From Phycisphaerales bacterium (GTDB taxonomy: Bacteria; Planctomycetota; Phycisphaerae; Phycisphaerales; UBA1924): a stretch of 64,000 nucleotides of DNA. The notes under the pieces were generated by a model, which ran no database searches, was not told where the DNA came from, and worked only from the letters and a program-made list of their open reading frames with translations. The position numbers and the translations under genes are program-made. Position 1 is the stretch's first letter. Every line of letters begins with the position of its first letter. The stretch is taken from positions 1,184,001 to 1,248,000 of the forward strand of contig OZ245777.1 in the NCBI GenBank assembly GCA_965227775.1, in the 5' to 3' direction. Below are positions 1 through 10,084 of the stretch, piece by piece.

Positions 1-1
1 C

Positions 2-1861
2 GCGAGCGAGAGCCAGGGCGAAACCTCCGACTACGACAGCGTGACCTTCGACGAGGCAACCGGCAAGCTCGTCACGACCAGCAGCGAGGGCCCGCTCAAC
101 TCCAAGACCGAGTCCACGCTGAGCGGCGACACGCTGACCGGCACGTGGAGCATCTCGGGCCCGATCGAGGGAAGCGGCCCGTTCACCGCCACGCGCCAGA
201 GCACCGAGGTGCCCGACGGCATCATCTCTGACGAGGCCGGTAGCGGCGGCGACGACGACGAGGTCGAGCCCACCGAGATCACCTTCGAGGGTTTCGAAGC
301 TCGCAGCTTCGCGCTCCCCGTCTCGCCCGGCGGCTTCGGCGGCCTGGTGAGCAACAACCAGGGCCACTTGCTCTACAACAGCTTCGGCAGCGGCGCACCG
401 ACGGTCAAGATCATCGACATGTCGGGCGACGAGATCGAAGAGAAGACCGTCGTCGCCGGCGCACAGATGGTCGACATCTCGGGCGATGGCAAGAAGATCC
501 TGCTTGCCGGCCAGGGCAACCGCTGGAAGATCGCCGACGCCCGCGCGGGTCAGTCGATGTCCGGCGCTCTGAGCCCCAACGACCTGCGCAAGCACCTCGA
601 CCCGCGCGAGGAGTGGCGCCAGCTCGTCCAAGATGCGTGGCGTCGCCACCGCGACTTCTTCTACGTCGAGAACATGCACGGCGTCGACTGGGACGCGGTC
701 TACGACCACTACTCCGAGATGGTCGACCACGCCGCCAGCCGTGAGGACGTGAGCTTCATCATCGGCGAGATGATCGCCGAGCTCAATGTTGGTCACGCCT
801 ACTACTGGGGCGGCGACGTCGAGGGCCAACCCAGCGAGAACGTTGGCATGCTGGGCGTCGACTTCGAGCCCGCCACAGAGCAGGGCGAAGACGGCGAGGT
901 CTCGGGCTTCCGCATCACCAAGATGTACGGCGGGGCACCGTGGGACACCGACGCACGCAACCCGCTCGACACGCTCGGCGTTGACGTCGAAGAAGGTGAC
1001 ATCATCACCCACGTCAACGGCCAGCCGTTTGATGTGTCCAAGGATCCGTGGATCGCGTTCATTGGCACGGTGGGCAAGGAGACGACCATCACCGTCGTCG
1101 ACAGCCTGACCGGCGATGAGGAGACCGTCAACGAGCGGACCTACACCATCGAGCCTATCGGCAACGACCAGGCGCTTCGCTACCGCGACTGGGTTGAGTC
1201 GAACCGTCAATACGTCGACGAGGCGTCCGACGGCAAGATCGGCTACATCCACGTGCCCGACACCGGCGTCAACGGCCAGAACGAGCTCTTCCGCCAGTTC
1301 TACGCCCAGATCAACAAGGAAGCGTTGATCATCGACGACCGCTGGAACGGCGGCGGCCAGATCCCCACGCGCTTCATCGAGCTGCTCAACCGCCCGCGTA
1401 CCAACTACTGGTACCGCCGCGACGGGCAGGACTGGCCCTGGCCGTATGACAGCCACCAGGGGCCGAAGGCCATGCTCATCAACGGCTCGGCCGGCTCGGG
1501 CGGCGACATGTTCCCCTGGCTCTTCAAGCACAATGACCTCGGTCCGCTGATCGGCATGCGGACGTGGGGCGGCCTGGTCGGAATCAGTGGCGTGCCACCG
1601 CTCATCGACGGCGGCTACACCGCAGTGCCCAACTTCGGCTTCTACCGCACCGACGGTACCTGGGGCATCGAGGGCCACGGCGTCGATCCGGACATCGAGG
1701 TCATCGACGACCCGACCGACTTGGCCAACGGCGTTGATCCCCAGATGGACGCGGCCGTCGAGTACCTGCTCGAAGCCATCGAGCGCGAGGGCTACGAGCC
1801 GCCCCAGCGGCCGCAGGAGCCCGACCGCAGCGGCTTCGGCATCGATCCCGCCGACCGCTAA
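2..1861 (+). CDS. Tricorn-like S41 family protease, C-terminal part (5'-truncated by window)
   Basis: Frame is open from position 2. Shows EEWRQLVQDAWRRHRDFFY (C1 domain), 'ELNVGHAY', a PDZ-like region, 'GKIGYIHVPDT', 'IIDDRWNGGG', the catalytic 'AGSGGDMF', 'IGMRTWGG' and 'IEGHGVDPDIEV'. Confidence 0.9.
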   Translation, partial: ASESQGETSDYDSVTFDEATGKLVTTSSEGPLNSKTESTLSGDTLTGTWSISGPIEGSGPFTATRQSTEVPDGIISDEAGSGGDDDEVEPTEITFEGFEARSFALPVSPGGFGGLVSNNQGHLLYNSFGSGAPTVKIIDMSGDEIEEKTVVAGAQMVDISGDGKKILLAGQGNRWKIADARAGQSMSGALSPNDLRKHLDPREEWRQLVQDAWRRHRDFFYVENMHGVDWDAVYDHYSEMVDHAASREDVSFIIGEMIAELNVGHAYYWGGDVEGQPSENVGMLGVDFEPATEQGEDGEVSGFRITKMYGGAPWDTDARNPLDTLGVDVEEGDIITHVNGQPFDVSKDPWIAFIGTVGKETTITVVDSLTGDEETVNERTYTIEPIGNDQALRYRDWVESNRQYVDEASDGKIGYIHVPDTGVNGQNELFRQFYAQINKEALIIDDRWNGGGQIPTRFIELLNRPRTNYWYRRDGQDWPWPYDSHQGPKAMLINGSAGSGGDMFPWLFKHNDLGPLIGMRTWGGLVGISGVPPLIDGGYTAVPNFGFYRTDGTWGIEGHGVDPDIEVIDDPTDLANGVDPQMDAAVEYLLEAIEREGYEPPQRPQEPDRSGFGIDPADR

Positions 1862-1884
1862 GTTCCTGAGTCATCAAGCACCTT

Positions 1885-1912
1885 GAAGGCCCGGCCCAGC
1901 GCCGGGCCTTTT
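1885..1912 (+). terminator. Rho-independent terminator after the protease gene
   Basis: AAGGCCCGGC-ccagc-GCCGGGCCTT stem followed by further T residues. Confidence 0.75.
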
Positions 1913-2089
1913 CGTGCGCCCACGCCAACAGATCATGAGTGTCCGATAGCGACCATCCGTGCTCCGCGATGTTTCGACAGGCGGAGCATTTTCTTCGCGT
2001 TTGCGTGAGCGAGCGATGTGTGCCGCGCTGCCTGTCTGGGCGCAGCAGTGGCCCGCGCCCGTCGAAAGTCCGTAGAACGGAGCGCAACC

Positions 2090-3967
2090 ATGCAACGCAA
2101 CCACACAAGCTCACTCCAAGATCGCACGCCCGTGCGGAGCCGCTCCGCACTTGTCCTGTTGGCCGCGGCCCTGGGCTTCTCGCCCGCGGTCGCCCTCGCC
2201 CAGGACGCCGAGTACGGTGAGGGAGGCCCCATCACGCACGAATTCACCATCGAGACCCGAGGCAGCGCCGCGCCGAGGCTGGTATTCACCAGCTACCTCT
2301 ACGCGACCGCGCGATGCGACAGCCCGATGGACATCCAGCCCCAGCGTGGCGATCGCACCGTCAAGCAGGACGTCGGCGTGGCCGGCGCGACCCGCGGCGC
2401 GACCGCCATGGGCGGTGGCACTGTCTCGAACGCCAACGCGAGCATCACCCTCGATGATCTCGATGTTGGTCTTGCCGAGGGCGAGTACAGCGTGTGGGGA
2501 GACGTCACCCTGTGCCTGCCGCCGGCTCCCGAGCATTCGGCCCGCGGCTCCGCGAAGAGCTGGGCCATGCTCAGCTACATCGGCCAGACCCGCACGCCCT
2601 CGGGGCGCATCAAGCAGAAGGGCCACTGGAAGAACGCTCCCAAGGTCTCAGGTAGCGCCAGCACCAGCCGCACCGGCCCACGAGGCCCGCGTCCCGTCCA
2701 ACGCGCCAAGGACCCCGTCACCCTTCGTGTCACCAACACCGACACGGGTGAGGTCATCTACGACCGCACCATCCTGACGATCGACAACTTCGTCCAGGGC
2801 GGGTCGTTCGAGTGGCGCAACGATCGCGTTGTCAACACCTCGCCGACCATGGAGTTCGGCATTGTCTATGACGACGGCATCTCGCGTCCTTACCGCCTGA
2901 GCATCAAGACCGAGTTCGGCGTCGTGACCGAGTCCATCGCAACCGGCGCGTTTGCCGGCGTTGCGATTCCACCGGAAGGCGCGTCCGCCGACTTCCAGTT
3001 CGACCTCGAGAACGCCATCGAGATCACCTTCGACATTCCGGCGGATCCCGACCACACTTACGACGTCGAGGTCGAGATGTGGGGCGCAGGGGAAGCCGAG
3101 GCCGCCAAGGCGAACGAAGCCGGTTTCGTGTTCTACGACCTCTACGTCCACGACGACATCGGCACCGCCCTGGACGGCACCAACCCGGTGCTCGTCGGAG
3201 AGCACTTCTGGATGCCCAGCGACTACGGAATCCCGCTGCAGACCGACCGCTCCCGCGCGCTCGTGCCCGTCATGCTGCTGGGCGATGAGCCGGGCCAACT
3301 TGACGAGGCCGTCGTCCGCGTTGTCGACCTGGGCGGCGATCCGTTCGATCCTGTGGGCGCCATGTTCCACATCCGCTTGTGGCCCGGGCACTCCGAGTGG
3401 CCCGCCGACCCAGGCGCGGCGTCGGTCCCGATCGGTGGCGACGTCATCACCGACGTCTCGGGCGAGACGACGTTTGCCGAGGCGTACGCCGTCTATGCCG
3501 ACGACATGCTCGATCCCACGGCTCCGCTCAAGGACGTGACGCTCAATCTTTCGGCGCTGCCCATCATCGAGCCGGGCGAGCTCTACTGGCTCGAGTTGAC
3601 CGCTTCGCCGCGTGATGGCACCGAAGTCTTCCTGCCCCTAAGCCCGTACCACCCGGGCGATGGGACGGCTCCGATCGAGATTGCCAGCTACATCGCGTTC
3701 GAGGGATTCGAGACGATGCCGTTGACCAATCCCGACTCGGGTCGCAAGTACGCGCTGCCCGTGCAGATCTTCGGCGACACGCGGCTCGGAGGCGAGTGCC
3801 GCGCTGACCTCGACGGCGACGGCGAGCTCAGCATCTTCGACTTTCTGACATTCCAGAACCTATTCGCATCGGGCGATCCGGCCGCCGACTTCGACGGTGA
3901 TGGACGGCTGACGATCTTCGACTTCCTGACGTTCCAGAACGAGTTTGTCGCGGGCTGCCCGGGCTGA
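2090..3967 (+). CDS. Secreted protein with C-terminal GC-type dockerin-like (double EF-hand) anchor
   Basis: Signal peptide (LVLLAAALGFSPAVALA-QD). C-terminus CRADLDGDGELSIFDFLTFQNLF...ADFDGDGRLTIFDFLTFQNEFVAGCPG. Start placed at ATG 2090. Confidence 0.8.
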   Translation: MQRNHTSSLQDRTPVRSRSALVLLAAALGFSPAVALAQDAEYGEGGPITHEFTIETRGSAAPRLVFTSYLYATARCDSPMDIQPQRGDRTVKQDVGVAGATRGATAMGGGTVSNANASITLDDLDVGLAEGEYSVWGDVTLCLPPAPEHSARGSAKSWAMLSYIGQTRTPSGRIKQKGHWKNAPKVSGSASTSRTGPRGPRPVQRAKDPVTLRVTNTDTGEVIYDRTILTIDNFVQGGSFEWRNDRVVNTSPTMEFGIVYDDGISRPYRLSIKTEFGVVTESIATGAFAGVAIPPEGASADFQFDLENAIEITFDIPADPDHTYDVEVEMWGAGEAEAAKANEAGFVFYDLYVHDDIGTALDGTNPVLVGEHFWMPSDYGIPLQTDRSRALVPVMLLGDEPGQLDEAVVRVVDLGGDPFDPVGAMFHIRLWPGHSEWPADPGAASVPIGGDVITDVSGETTFAEAYAVYADDMLDPTAPLKDVTLNLSALPIIEPGELYWLELTASPRDGTEVFLPLSPYHPGDGTAPIEIASYIAFEGFETMPLTNPDSGRKYALPVQIFGDTRLGGECRADLDGDGELSIFDFLTFQNLFASGDPAADFDGDGRLTIFDFLTFQNEFVAGCPG

Positions 3968-3990
3968 TCTCGACTTGCCAAGCCACGCGC

Positions 3991-4998
3991 TCACGCGGCG
4001 TCGGTCGACTCGGCCGACGCCGCTTCTCGCTTGCGCATGTCGGCCAGCGATGGACCGCTGGGCTTGTCGGGGAGCGATGGGAGCGCCGGTAGCCCCGAGG
4101 GCTTAACGGGCTCATCCACCTGCACCCCCTCGTTGCCGATGCGGATGCCCTCGGTTCCGCCCTTGCCCGCGAAGGCCATCTGCAGTAACTGATCATCGAA
4201 CCCGTCGGGCGAGCTGCCGGTTCGGGCGTACACGTACAGCACGGCGTTGGTGATCGCGTCGAGCGTCATCGACACCAGCACCATCAGCCCCATCCACGCG
4301 ATGCCGAGTGTGATGCCGAGCCCCGCGATGATCGGATCACCCGTCATCGATGCCAGGATCATGACTGAGAGGCCCGCCACGATGCCCAGCCCGACGATCA
4401 CGCCGTTCGCCCAGTTGGCCACGAGGCCCTCACCCCACGTCTGCTTTACGAGCGAGAACGATCGTCCGATTGCCTTGTGCGCTGGCGCACGCTCGACGAT
4501 CAGCACGGGAACGACGAAGTAGGTCATTGCCGTCCACGCCGAGCCCAGCAGCATCGCCAGAATCTTGCCGACGAGCTTCGATCGCTGCTCAATCATCTTG
4601 AGCGCAAAGCCAACCGAGGCCGCGATCACCGCCCACATCAAGATCAGGCTGAACCGATCCCACGCGATCCGAAGCCCGTCGGTGAGCTTGTACGGCCTTC
4701 CATCCAGATGCATCATCGTGACGCCCACAAGTGCAGAGTTGAAGAACAGCGTCACGAAGTAGCAGCAGAAGTACAGCAGGAACATCACCAGCATCGGGCC
4801 CATGCCCGACGACGGCTCTTCGCTCATGAAGATGTTCTGCCCCGTCGTGGTTCCCACGATGGGAGCCACGAAGCTCGCGACGACGATCAGCGAGGCGATC
4901 GAGCTCAGGAGCGGAAACAAGATGAGCTTCTTGTTCTCCTGGAGCAGCCCGAGGCTCGCCATCGAAAGGGCCCAACCGTTGCGCATGCGTGTGAACAT
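3991..4998 (-). CDS. Integral membrane protein, DUF6159-like
   Basis: Multiple TM helices; 'FFNSALV', 'YFVVPVLIVE', 'RSFSLVKQTWGE' signatures; GGAG RBS upstream of ATG 4998. Confidence 0.7.
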   Translation of the reverse strand: MFTRMRNGWALSMASLGLLQENKKLILFPLLSSIASLIVVASFVAPIVGTTTGQNIFMSEEPSSGMGPMLVMFLLYFCCYFVTLFFNSALVGVTMMHLDGRPYKLTDGLRIAWDRFSLILMWAVIAASVGFALKMIEQRSKLVGKILAMLLGSAWTAMTYFVVPVLIVERAPAHKAIGRSFSLVKQTWGEGLVANWANGVIVGLGIVAGLSVMILASMTGDPIIAGLGITLGIAWMGLMVLVSMTLDAITNAVLYVYARTGSSPDGFDDQLLQMAFAGKGGTEGIRIGNEGVQVDEPVKPSGLPALPSLPDKPSGPSLADMRKREAASAESTDAA

Positions 4999-5142
4999 CC
5001 ACCGTCTCCACCGGGGCACGCATCATCGAGAGCCCCTCCGAAACGGTGCATCGGCGCAACGAGCGAACGTGACGCTCAGCGGTGCTTACGCCGGCGTCCG
5101 TCGGTCCGTGTGTCACAGTTAGGTAAGGTCCCGAGGTCCGAT

Positions 5143-6456
5143 TCAGGACTTTCCGAGCACCAGCGCCGGCCGATAACGGCGGCTCAGGATGGCTTGCGAG
5201 TCGGCGCCCATCCACGAGTCGAGCACGCCCGCGTACACGTGGCGGAAGTCGAGCGTGTGCTTCAGGTCGCCGCCGTCCAGATCGCTCATCGAGGGATGGG
5301 TGCCGTGCACACCAGGGCGCACCATCGGGCCGAAGAGGAACATCGGCGCCGCGGTGCCGTGGTCGGTGCCACCGCTGGCGTTCTGCGACACCCGGCGTCC
5401 AAATTCGCTGAAGGTCAGCGTCATCACGCGGCTGTCGTTGCCCTGCTCTTTCAGGTCCGCGTAGAACGCCTTCATCGACGAGGCCATTTGCCCAAGCAGC
5501 TGCGCGTGCCGCCCATTCGCGCCGCCCTGCCCGGCGTGCGTGTCGAATCCGCCGAGCGTCGCGTAATAGATGCGCGTCTTGAGCCCGGCCCGGATCATCT
5601 GCGCAATCATCGAAAGCTGACGCGCAAGCCCGTTGCCCGGGTAGCGCACCAGCGGTCGACTCGACACCGCCTTGCGGATCAGGTCGCTGCTGACCTGGGC
5701 ATCGAGCGCCGTCTTGGTCAGGAACGCCTCGTTGCTGCTCGCCGAAGCTGCCTCACGCCGGTTCAGCAGGTCGTACTCGTCCTTGAGTGAGCCATCGTGG
5801 TCTTCGCCTAGCCAGCGGAACACATCGGCGCTCTCGAACGAAACCGGGTTGACCTTGCGGCCCTGCATCGCGAGCGGCGCCGTGCGACCGATCGCCACCG
5901 CCGGCGGTCCGGCCGCTTCGCCGCTCTCGAGAGACCCGCTCTCGCCCTTACCGAAGCCCACGCACTCGCTGTCGAGGTAGCGCCCGATCCAGCCGTCGCC
6001 CGTGCCACTCGTATCGGCCGTATGCCAGATGTCCATGCTCTTGAAGTGCGAGCGATTTGGGTTGGGGTAGCCGATGCCCTGGAAGATCGAGCAGAGCCCC
6101 GAGTCATACATCTCCTTCATGGGCGCCAATGCGGGGTGCAGGCCAACGCCCTGGCGGCTATCGAGCTCGAGCACCCGGTCCTTGGCAATGCCGATGCCGC
6201 GCCGCGCCCGGTAGTACTCGTCCATGCCGTAGGGCACGACGGTGTTCAGCCCGTCGTTGCCACCCGAGAGCTGCACAACGACCAGCACGCGATCCTCGGG
6301 CACGCCAGCCAGGCTCGTCAGCATCGCGCTCGGCGAGGGCAGCCCCCACGCCGCCGACTGGACGAAGCCCGGCGCCGCGACGGACGCCGACGCGAGCATG
6401 ACACCACGTCCCAGGAACGCGCGCCGCGTAAAGGCCTTCGAGTCGTGCAGGTCCAT
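5143..6456 (-). CDS. DUF1501 domain protein (Tat-exported)
   Basis: TRRAFL Tat motif; 'VVVQLSGGNDGLNTVVP', 'NRSHF', 'GGFDTH', 'SEFGRR', 'GTDHG'. Confidence 0.88.
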   Translation of the reverse strand: MDLHDSKAFTRRAFLGRGVMLASASVAAPGFVQSAAWGLPSPSAMLTSLAGVPEDRVLVVVQLSGGNDGLNTVVPYGMDEYYRARRGIGIAKDRVLELDSRQGVGLHPALAPMKEMYDSGLCSIFQGIGYPNPNRSHFKSMDIWHTADTSGTGDGWIGRYLDSECVGFGKGESGSLESGEAAGPPAVAIGRTAPLAMQGRKVNPVSFESADVFRWLGEDHDGSLKDEYDLLNRREAASASSNEAFLTKTALDAQVSSDLIRKAVSSRPLVRYPGNGLARQLSMIAQMIRAGLKTRIYYATLGGFDTHAGQGGANGRHAQLLGQMASSMKAFYADLKEQGNDSRVMTLTFSEFGRRVSQNASGGTDHGTAAPMFLFGPMVRPGVHGTHPSMSDLDGGDLKHTLDFRHVYAGVLDSWMGADSQAILSRRYRPALVLGKS

Positions 6457-6500
6457 GCCTCAGTTCCTTCCCGGTTCGAACCCAATCCCAATCGTCCGCC

Positions 6501-8078
6501 CTAGCAGAGCTGGTACTCCGGCATCGCCGCCACAAGCAGCAGCATGTCTCGCATCGCCTCGCCATCGCGGGCACCGCCTCGCCGCCGCAACACATCCTCG
6601 AGCGCCGCGATCGCGTGCGTCGGAGTCCGCCCGAGCGTGTACCGAAGCACGCTTCGCACGATATGCGCGTCGCCGCCATCGTCGAGCGCCGTGCGGAGCT
6701 CGTCCATGATCGGCCTGGGCTCGTACGGCTGCATGTCCGCGAGCGCATCGGGCCCGTTCGGCTTGCGGCCGGTCAGCAGAAACGCCAGCGTGTTCTGCCG
6801 CACGAACATCGTCGACGTGTTGATCCATGACCGACCGCCGGCCCAGCCCGCAACCGAAGGCGGGAAGAACAGGCTCTGGCCCATCAGCTCCATGGCGTCG
6901 AGCAGCGCCGAGAGATCCCGAACGGGCGTCCGCAGCTCGCGCACACCGCCCACGACTAGCTCGGTCGGGCTCTTGATGCGCTGGCCACGCACGCTGTCGC
7001 TATAGAAGTGCCGGCTCAGCAGCAGCTCGCGAAGCAACGGCTTGAGCTCATACCGCTTGCGCACAAAGGTCGACCGCATCTCGTCGAGCACCGCACCCTC
7101 GGCGGGCGAGTACTCGCGCGGGTTCTCGGGCAGGCTGCCGACGAAGAACTCGTAGATCTTGCGCGTCATGAACACGCCCGTCGCCCGCTGCGCCAGGATC
7201 GCCGTCACGAATCCGTCGCCGTCGTACTCACCGGTGCGCCCAAAGATGCGCTTGCGGCCGTCGTCGTGGTTCTCCTGATTCAGCACGAACTCGTCGTCCG
7301 CGAAGGTGTACCCGGTGAGCGCTCGAGCGCCCTCCTTGATGTCGCGTTCGCTGTACGTGCCGACGCCCATCGAGAACAACTCCATGAGCTCGCGCGCCAG
7401 GTTCTCGTTGGGCCGGCCCTTGCGGCTGTCGTTGTTGTCCAGGTAGGCAAGCATCGCCGGATCCCGGATGATCTCGTGCATCAGCCGGCCGTAGTTGCCC
7501 AGCGCGTGCTTGCGAAAGCGCTGGTTCTGCAGGTACATGTGGTAGCTGTCTTCGATTGTGCGGTAGCTGGTCGCAAAATGGCTGTGCCAGAAGAGCGTCA
7601 TCTTCTCCTCAAGTGGCCGAGGCGTCTCGATCATCCGCGTGAGCCACCACCGCTGGATCTCGCGCATCTGTCGGCGATCCCACACCTGCGCCTGCTGACG
7701 CATGGCGCGGAGGTTGGCCAGCGCGTCCTCGTCGCGCGAGCGCCTCGCCTGCGCGGCGATGCGGCGTTCTTCCTCGGTGTACGGCCGCATGATGTTGCGA
7801 TCGAAGAGGTCCGCCCCGGGTCCCGCATCTTCAACGCCGGGCGTCTCGAGCAGGTAGTCGACCGCCCGCTCCGGCCCTAGCCCAGCGATCGCCGAGATCT
7901 GCGCAGGCGTTCCGCCGAATCCGGCCCGCCACAGCAGGTGCCGCGCCTGGTCGAACCCAAACTCGGAAGCCTCGATCGGATCCCACACGCGTCGCAGCTC
8001 GACGCGCTCGCGGCGCTGGCGCTCGGCCAGCGTTTCGCGAGATCCGCCATCCTGGGTTTGCACTCCGGATTGGGCCAT
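6501..8078 (-). CDS. DUF1800 domain protein
   Basis: 'HLLWRAGFG', 'LEEKMTLFWHSHFAT', 'DPAMLAYLDN', 'NENLARELMELF', 'PPSVAGW', C-terminal 'PEYQLC'; the usual partner upstream of DUF1501. Confidence 0.88.
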   Translation of the reverse strand: MAQSGVQTQDGGSRETLAERQRRERVELRRVWDPIEASEFGFDQARHLLWRAGFGGTPAQISAIAGLGPERAVDYLLETPGVEDAGPGADLFDRNIMRPYTEEERRIAAQARRSRDEDALANLRAMRQQAQVWDRRQMREIQRWWLTRMIETPRPLEEKMTLFWHSHFATSYRTIEDSYHMYLQNQRFRKHALGNYGRLMHEIIRDPAMLAYLDNNDSRKGRPNENLARELMELFSMGVGTYSERDIKEGARALTGYTFADDEFVLNQENHDDGRKRIFGRTGEYDGDGFVTAILAQRATGVFMTRKIYEFFVGSLPENPREYSPAEGAVLDEMRSTFVRKRYELKPLLRELLLSRHFYSDSVRGQRIKSPTELVVGGVRELRTPVRDLSALLDAMELMGQSLFFPPSVAGWAGGRSWINTSTMFVRQNTLAFLLTGRKPNGPDALADMQPYEPRPIMDELRTALDDGGDAHIVRSVLRYTLGRTPTHAIAALEDVLRRRGGARDGEAMRDMLLLVAAMPEYQLC

Positions 8079-8220
8079 GGCAGTGCTCCGCTTCCTCGAT
8101 CACCCCGGCCGGCCTCTGGCAGCCCCACGCCACACATCGGCCGTCCGCACGGGCGGAACGCAAGAACTGGGCGGGACATTGCATCCCGTCCTTCGGTACG
8201 CATCCGTTTTGTTGGTGGGT

Positions 8221-9894
8221 TCAGGCCGTCGCGGGTTGCACGGCAGGGGACTTCCGCGATGCCAGAACCAGCCCACCCCAAACGATGGCGGCGCTCGTTG
8301 TCGCCAGCAGCAGGGCCCCGTTGGCCTGGTGCGCGAATGTCACCAAGGCGGTCGCCGCCGGCACGCTCGCAGCGTCCGTTAACTGCTCTGCCGTGGGTAC
8401 CACGCGCCGCTCTCCGCCGGTGACCAGGAAGAACGCAACCCATCCGAGTGCAAACTGCAGGATGATCGCCACGAACAGCAACCGCCCGAGCCGCCCGCAC
8501 ACCCGGGCCCCGCGCGCCTCGCCCGGAGCTTCAGAGTTGGCAGACGGCCCCGAGCCCTGCCCCATCAGCGCGAAGCCGACGATCGCGGCAAGTGTGACGA
8601 CGATGACGGAGAACCCAATGTGGCCATAGAGCGCCGGGCCCGCCCACGCTGTCTTCTCGGCCGCCATGCTGCCGTGCCTGTACATCGCGCCCATGATGAG
8701 TTGGAACACCAGCGAGACCAGCAACACCCACGCACCAGCGCGAACCCACGCCCGCGGGCGATCGATCTCCCGCAACGAGCGCGCCGCCGGCGAGAGCCAG
8801 GCCGCGAACATCACCATTGAGGCGAAGTACGCTTGGCCCAGCACGCCGTGGATCGTGCCGAGCGCGGGGTTGGCCTCGGTTACGCGGGTTCCACCCAAGA
8901 CACCCTGGGCGCTCACCATGAGGATGAGCGCCGCCGCGGCCTGCGCGGGACGGTCATGCCGGAGCGAGGCAAGGAACCAGGCGATGCTGCCGATCGCAAC
9001 GGCGACGCCCACGCCACCAAACGTCATGCCGCCCAGCACCTCGGCCATGTGCAGGCGAAGCCCGATGACCAGTACGGCGCCAATGACCAGCACCGCCGCG
9101 AGCGAAACGACGACATCGCCCTTCTTGCGCAGCGCCGAGGTAAACCACACGAACACCGCCAGCGAGATCGTGGTGACGCCCACCAGCGAGCCAAACAGCC
9201 TGTGCGTGTGCTCAAGGAAGATCCGCGGATCGGCCATGAGCGCGATCGGGTATAAGAACATGTTGGCGCCGTAGGTGCCGGGCCAGTCCGGCACGGCCAG
9301 GCCAGAGGCCGTGCTCGTCACCAGCCCGCCCAGCAGCAGCAGGGGGGCCACCGCGACGAACGCCACGATCGCGAACCGCGAGGCCCAGAACGTTGCCGGC
9401 CTCGGCGTTGGCGTGCTCCGAATGAATCCTCCGACGAGCCCGAACATCGCGCCGCCCGCCAGGCTGGCCCCGATGAACCCCAGCATCGCCACGCCCGCCG
9501 AGGGCGTCAACCCAGCAGATCCCTGGGCCGGTGTCGCACCGTCGATGGTCTCCGACACCAGCGAGCCCATGATGAGCAGGTTCAGAAGGGCGGCGAGAAG
9601 GGCGGCGATCGCACCCGAGGCCCAACCCAGACGCCTGCCTCCGTAGACGCCAGAGATCAGCGCCCCAATGACGACAACCAGCCCCATGCCCGGCCCAGAC
9701 ACGCTTGCGGGCAGGTCGAGCCAGGGCTGATGTCCGATAAGCCACGCCACCCACATGGTGATCGCCGTCGCAAAACCGAGCACGACTGACGGCCCGACGA
9801 TCGTCCGGAACGACAGCACTTTCGTTCGGGAATCGATCGGATCTTGGGCCGAAGCGATACGGCTGGCAGCGATGGAGGGCGAATTCGCGCTCAT
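8221..9894 (-). CDS. ctaA: Heme A synthase (CtaA/COX15 family) with extra N-terminal membrane segment
   Basis: 'GGLVTSTASGLAVPDWP', 'FLEHTHRL', 'QGVLGGTRV', 'HGVLGQ' and 'HQANG' conserved His motifs; divergent from the oxidase cluster. Confidence 0.82.
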   Translation of the reverse strand: MSANSPSIAASRIASAQDPIDSRTKVLSFRTIVGPSVVLGFATAITMWVAWLIGHQPWLDLPASVSGPGMGLVVVIGALISGVYGGRRLGWASGAIAALLAALLNLLIMGSLVSETIDGATPAQGSAGLTPSAGVAMLGFIGASLAGGAMFGLVGGFIRSTPTPRPATFWASRFAIVAFVAVAPLLLLGGLVTSTASGLAVPDWPGTYGANMFLYPIALMADPRIFLEHTHRLFGSLVGVTTISLAVFVWFTSALRKKGDVVVSLAAVLVIGAVLVIGLRLHMAEVLGGMTFGGVGVAVAIGSIAWFLASLRHDRPAQAAAALILMVSAQGVLGGTRVTEANPALGTIHGVLGQAYFASMVMFAAWLSPAARSLREIDRPRAWVRAGAWVLLVSLVFQLIMGAMYRHGSMAAEKTAWAGPALYGHIGFSVIVVTLAAIVGFALMGQGSGPSANSEAPGEARGARVCGRLGRLLFVAIILQFALGWVAFFLVTGGERRVVPTAEQLTDAASVPAATALVTFAHQANGALLLATTSAAIVWGGLVLASRKSPAVQPATA

Positions 9895-9920
9895 TGAGAC
9901 TCCGTCTCACTTTCCGTAAA

Positions 9921-9937
9921 ACAGTACTTTTTTCTGT
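9921..9937. promoter_or_regulatory. Putative transcription-factor operator (ACAG-N9-CTGT), copy 1
   Basis: ACAGTACTTTTTTCTGT in the AT-rich ctaA/actA divergent spacer; 14/17 identical to the copy at 19081. Confidence 0.5.
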
Positions 9938-10084
9938 CTAAGTGTACGCGCACGCAGCTTTTCGGTCCCCACGGTGGAAGTATTCGGCCGACTCCGGGCT
10001 GCAACGCCCGGTGATGCTTGTTTCATCCCGGTGCAGCCATCCATGGGTGGTTCTGGCAAGCCGGGAGCGCACGGGAGGCGTCCG

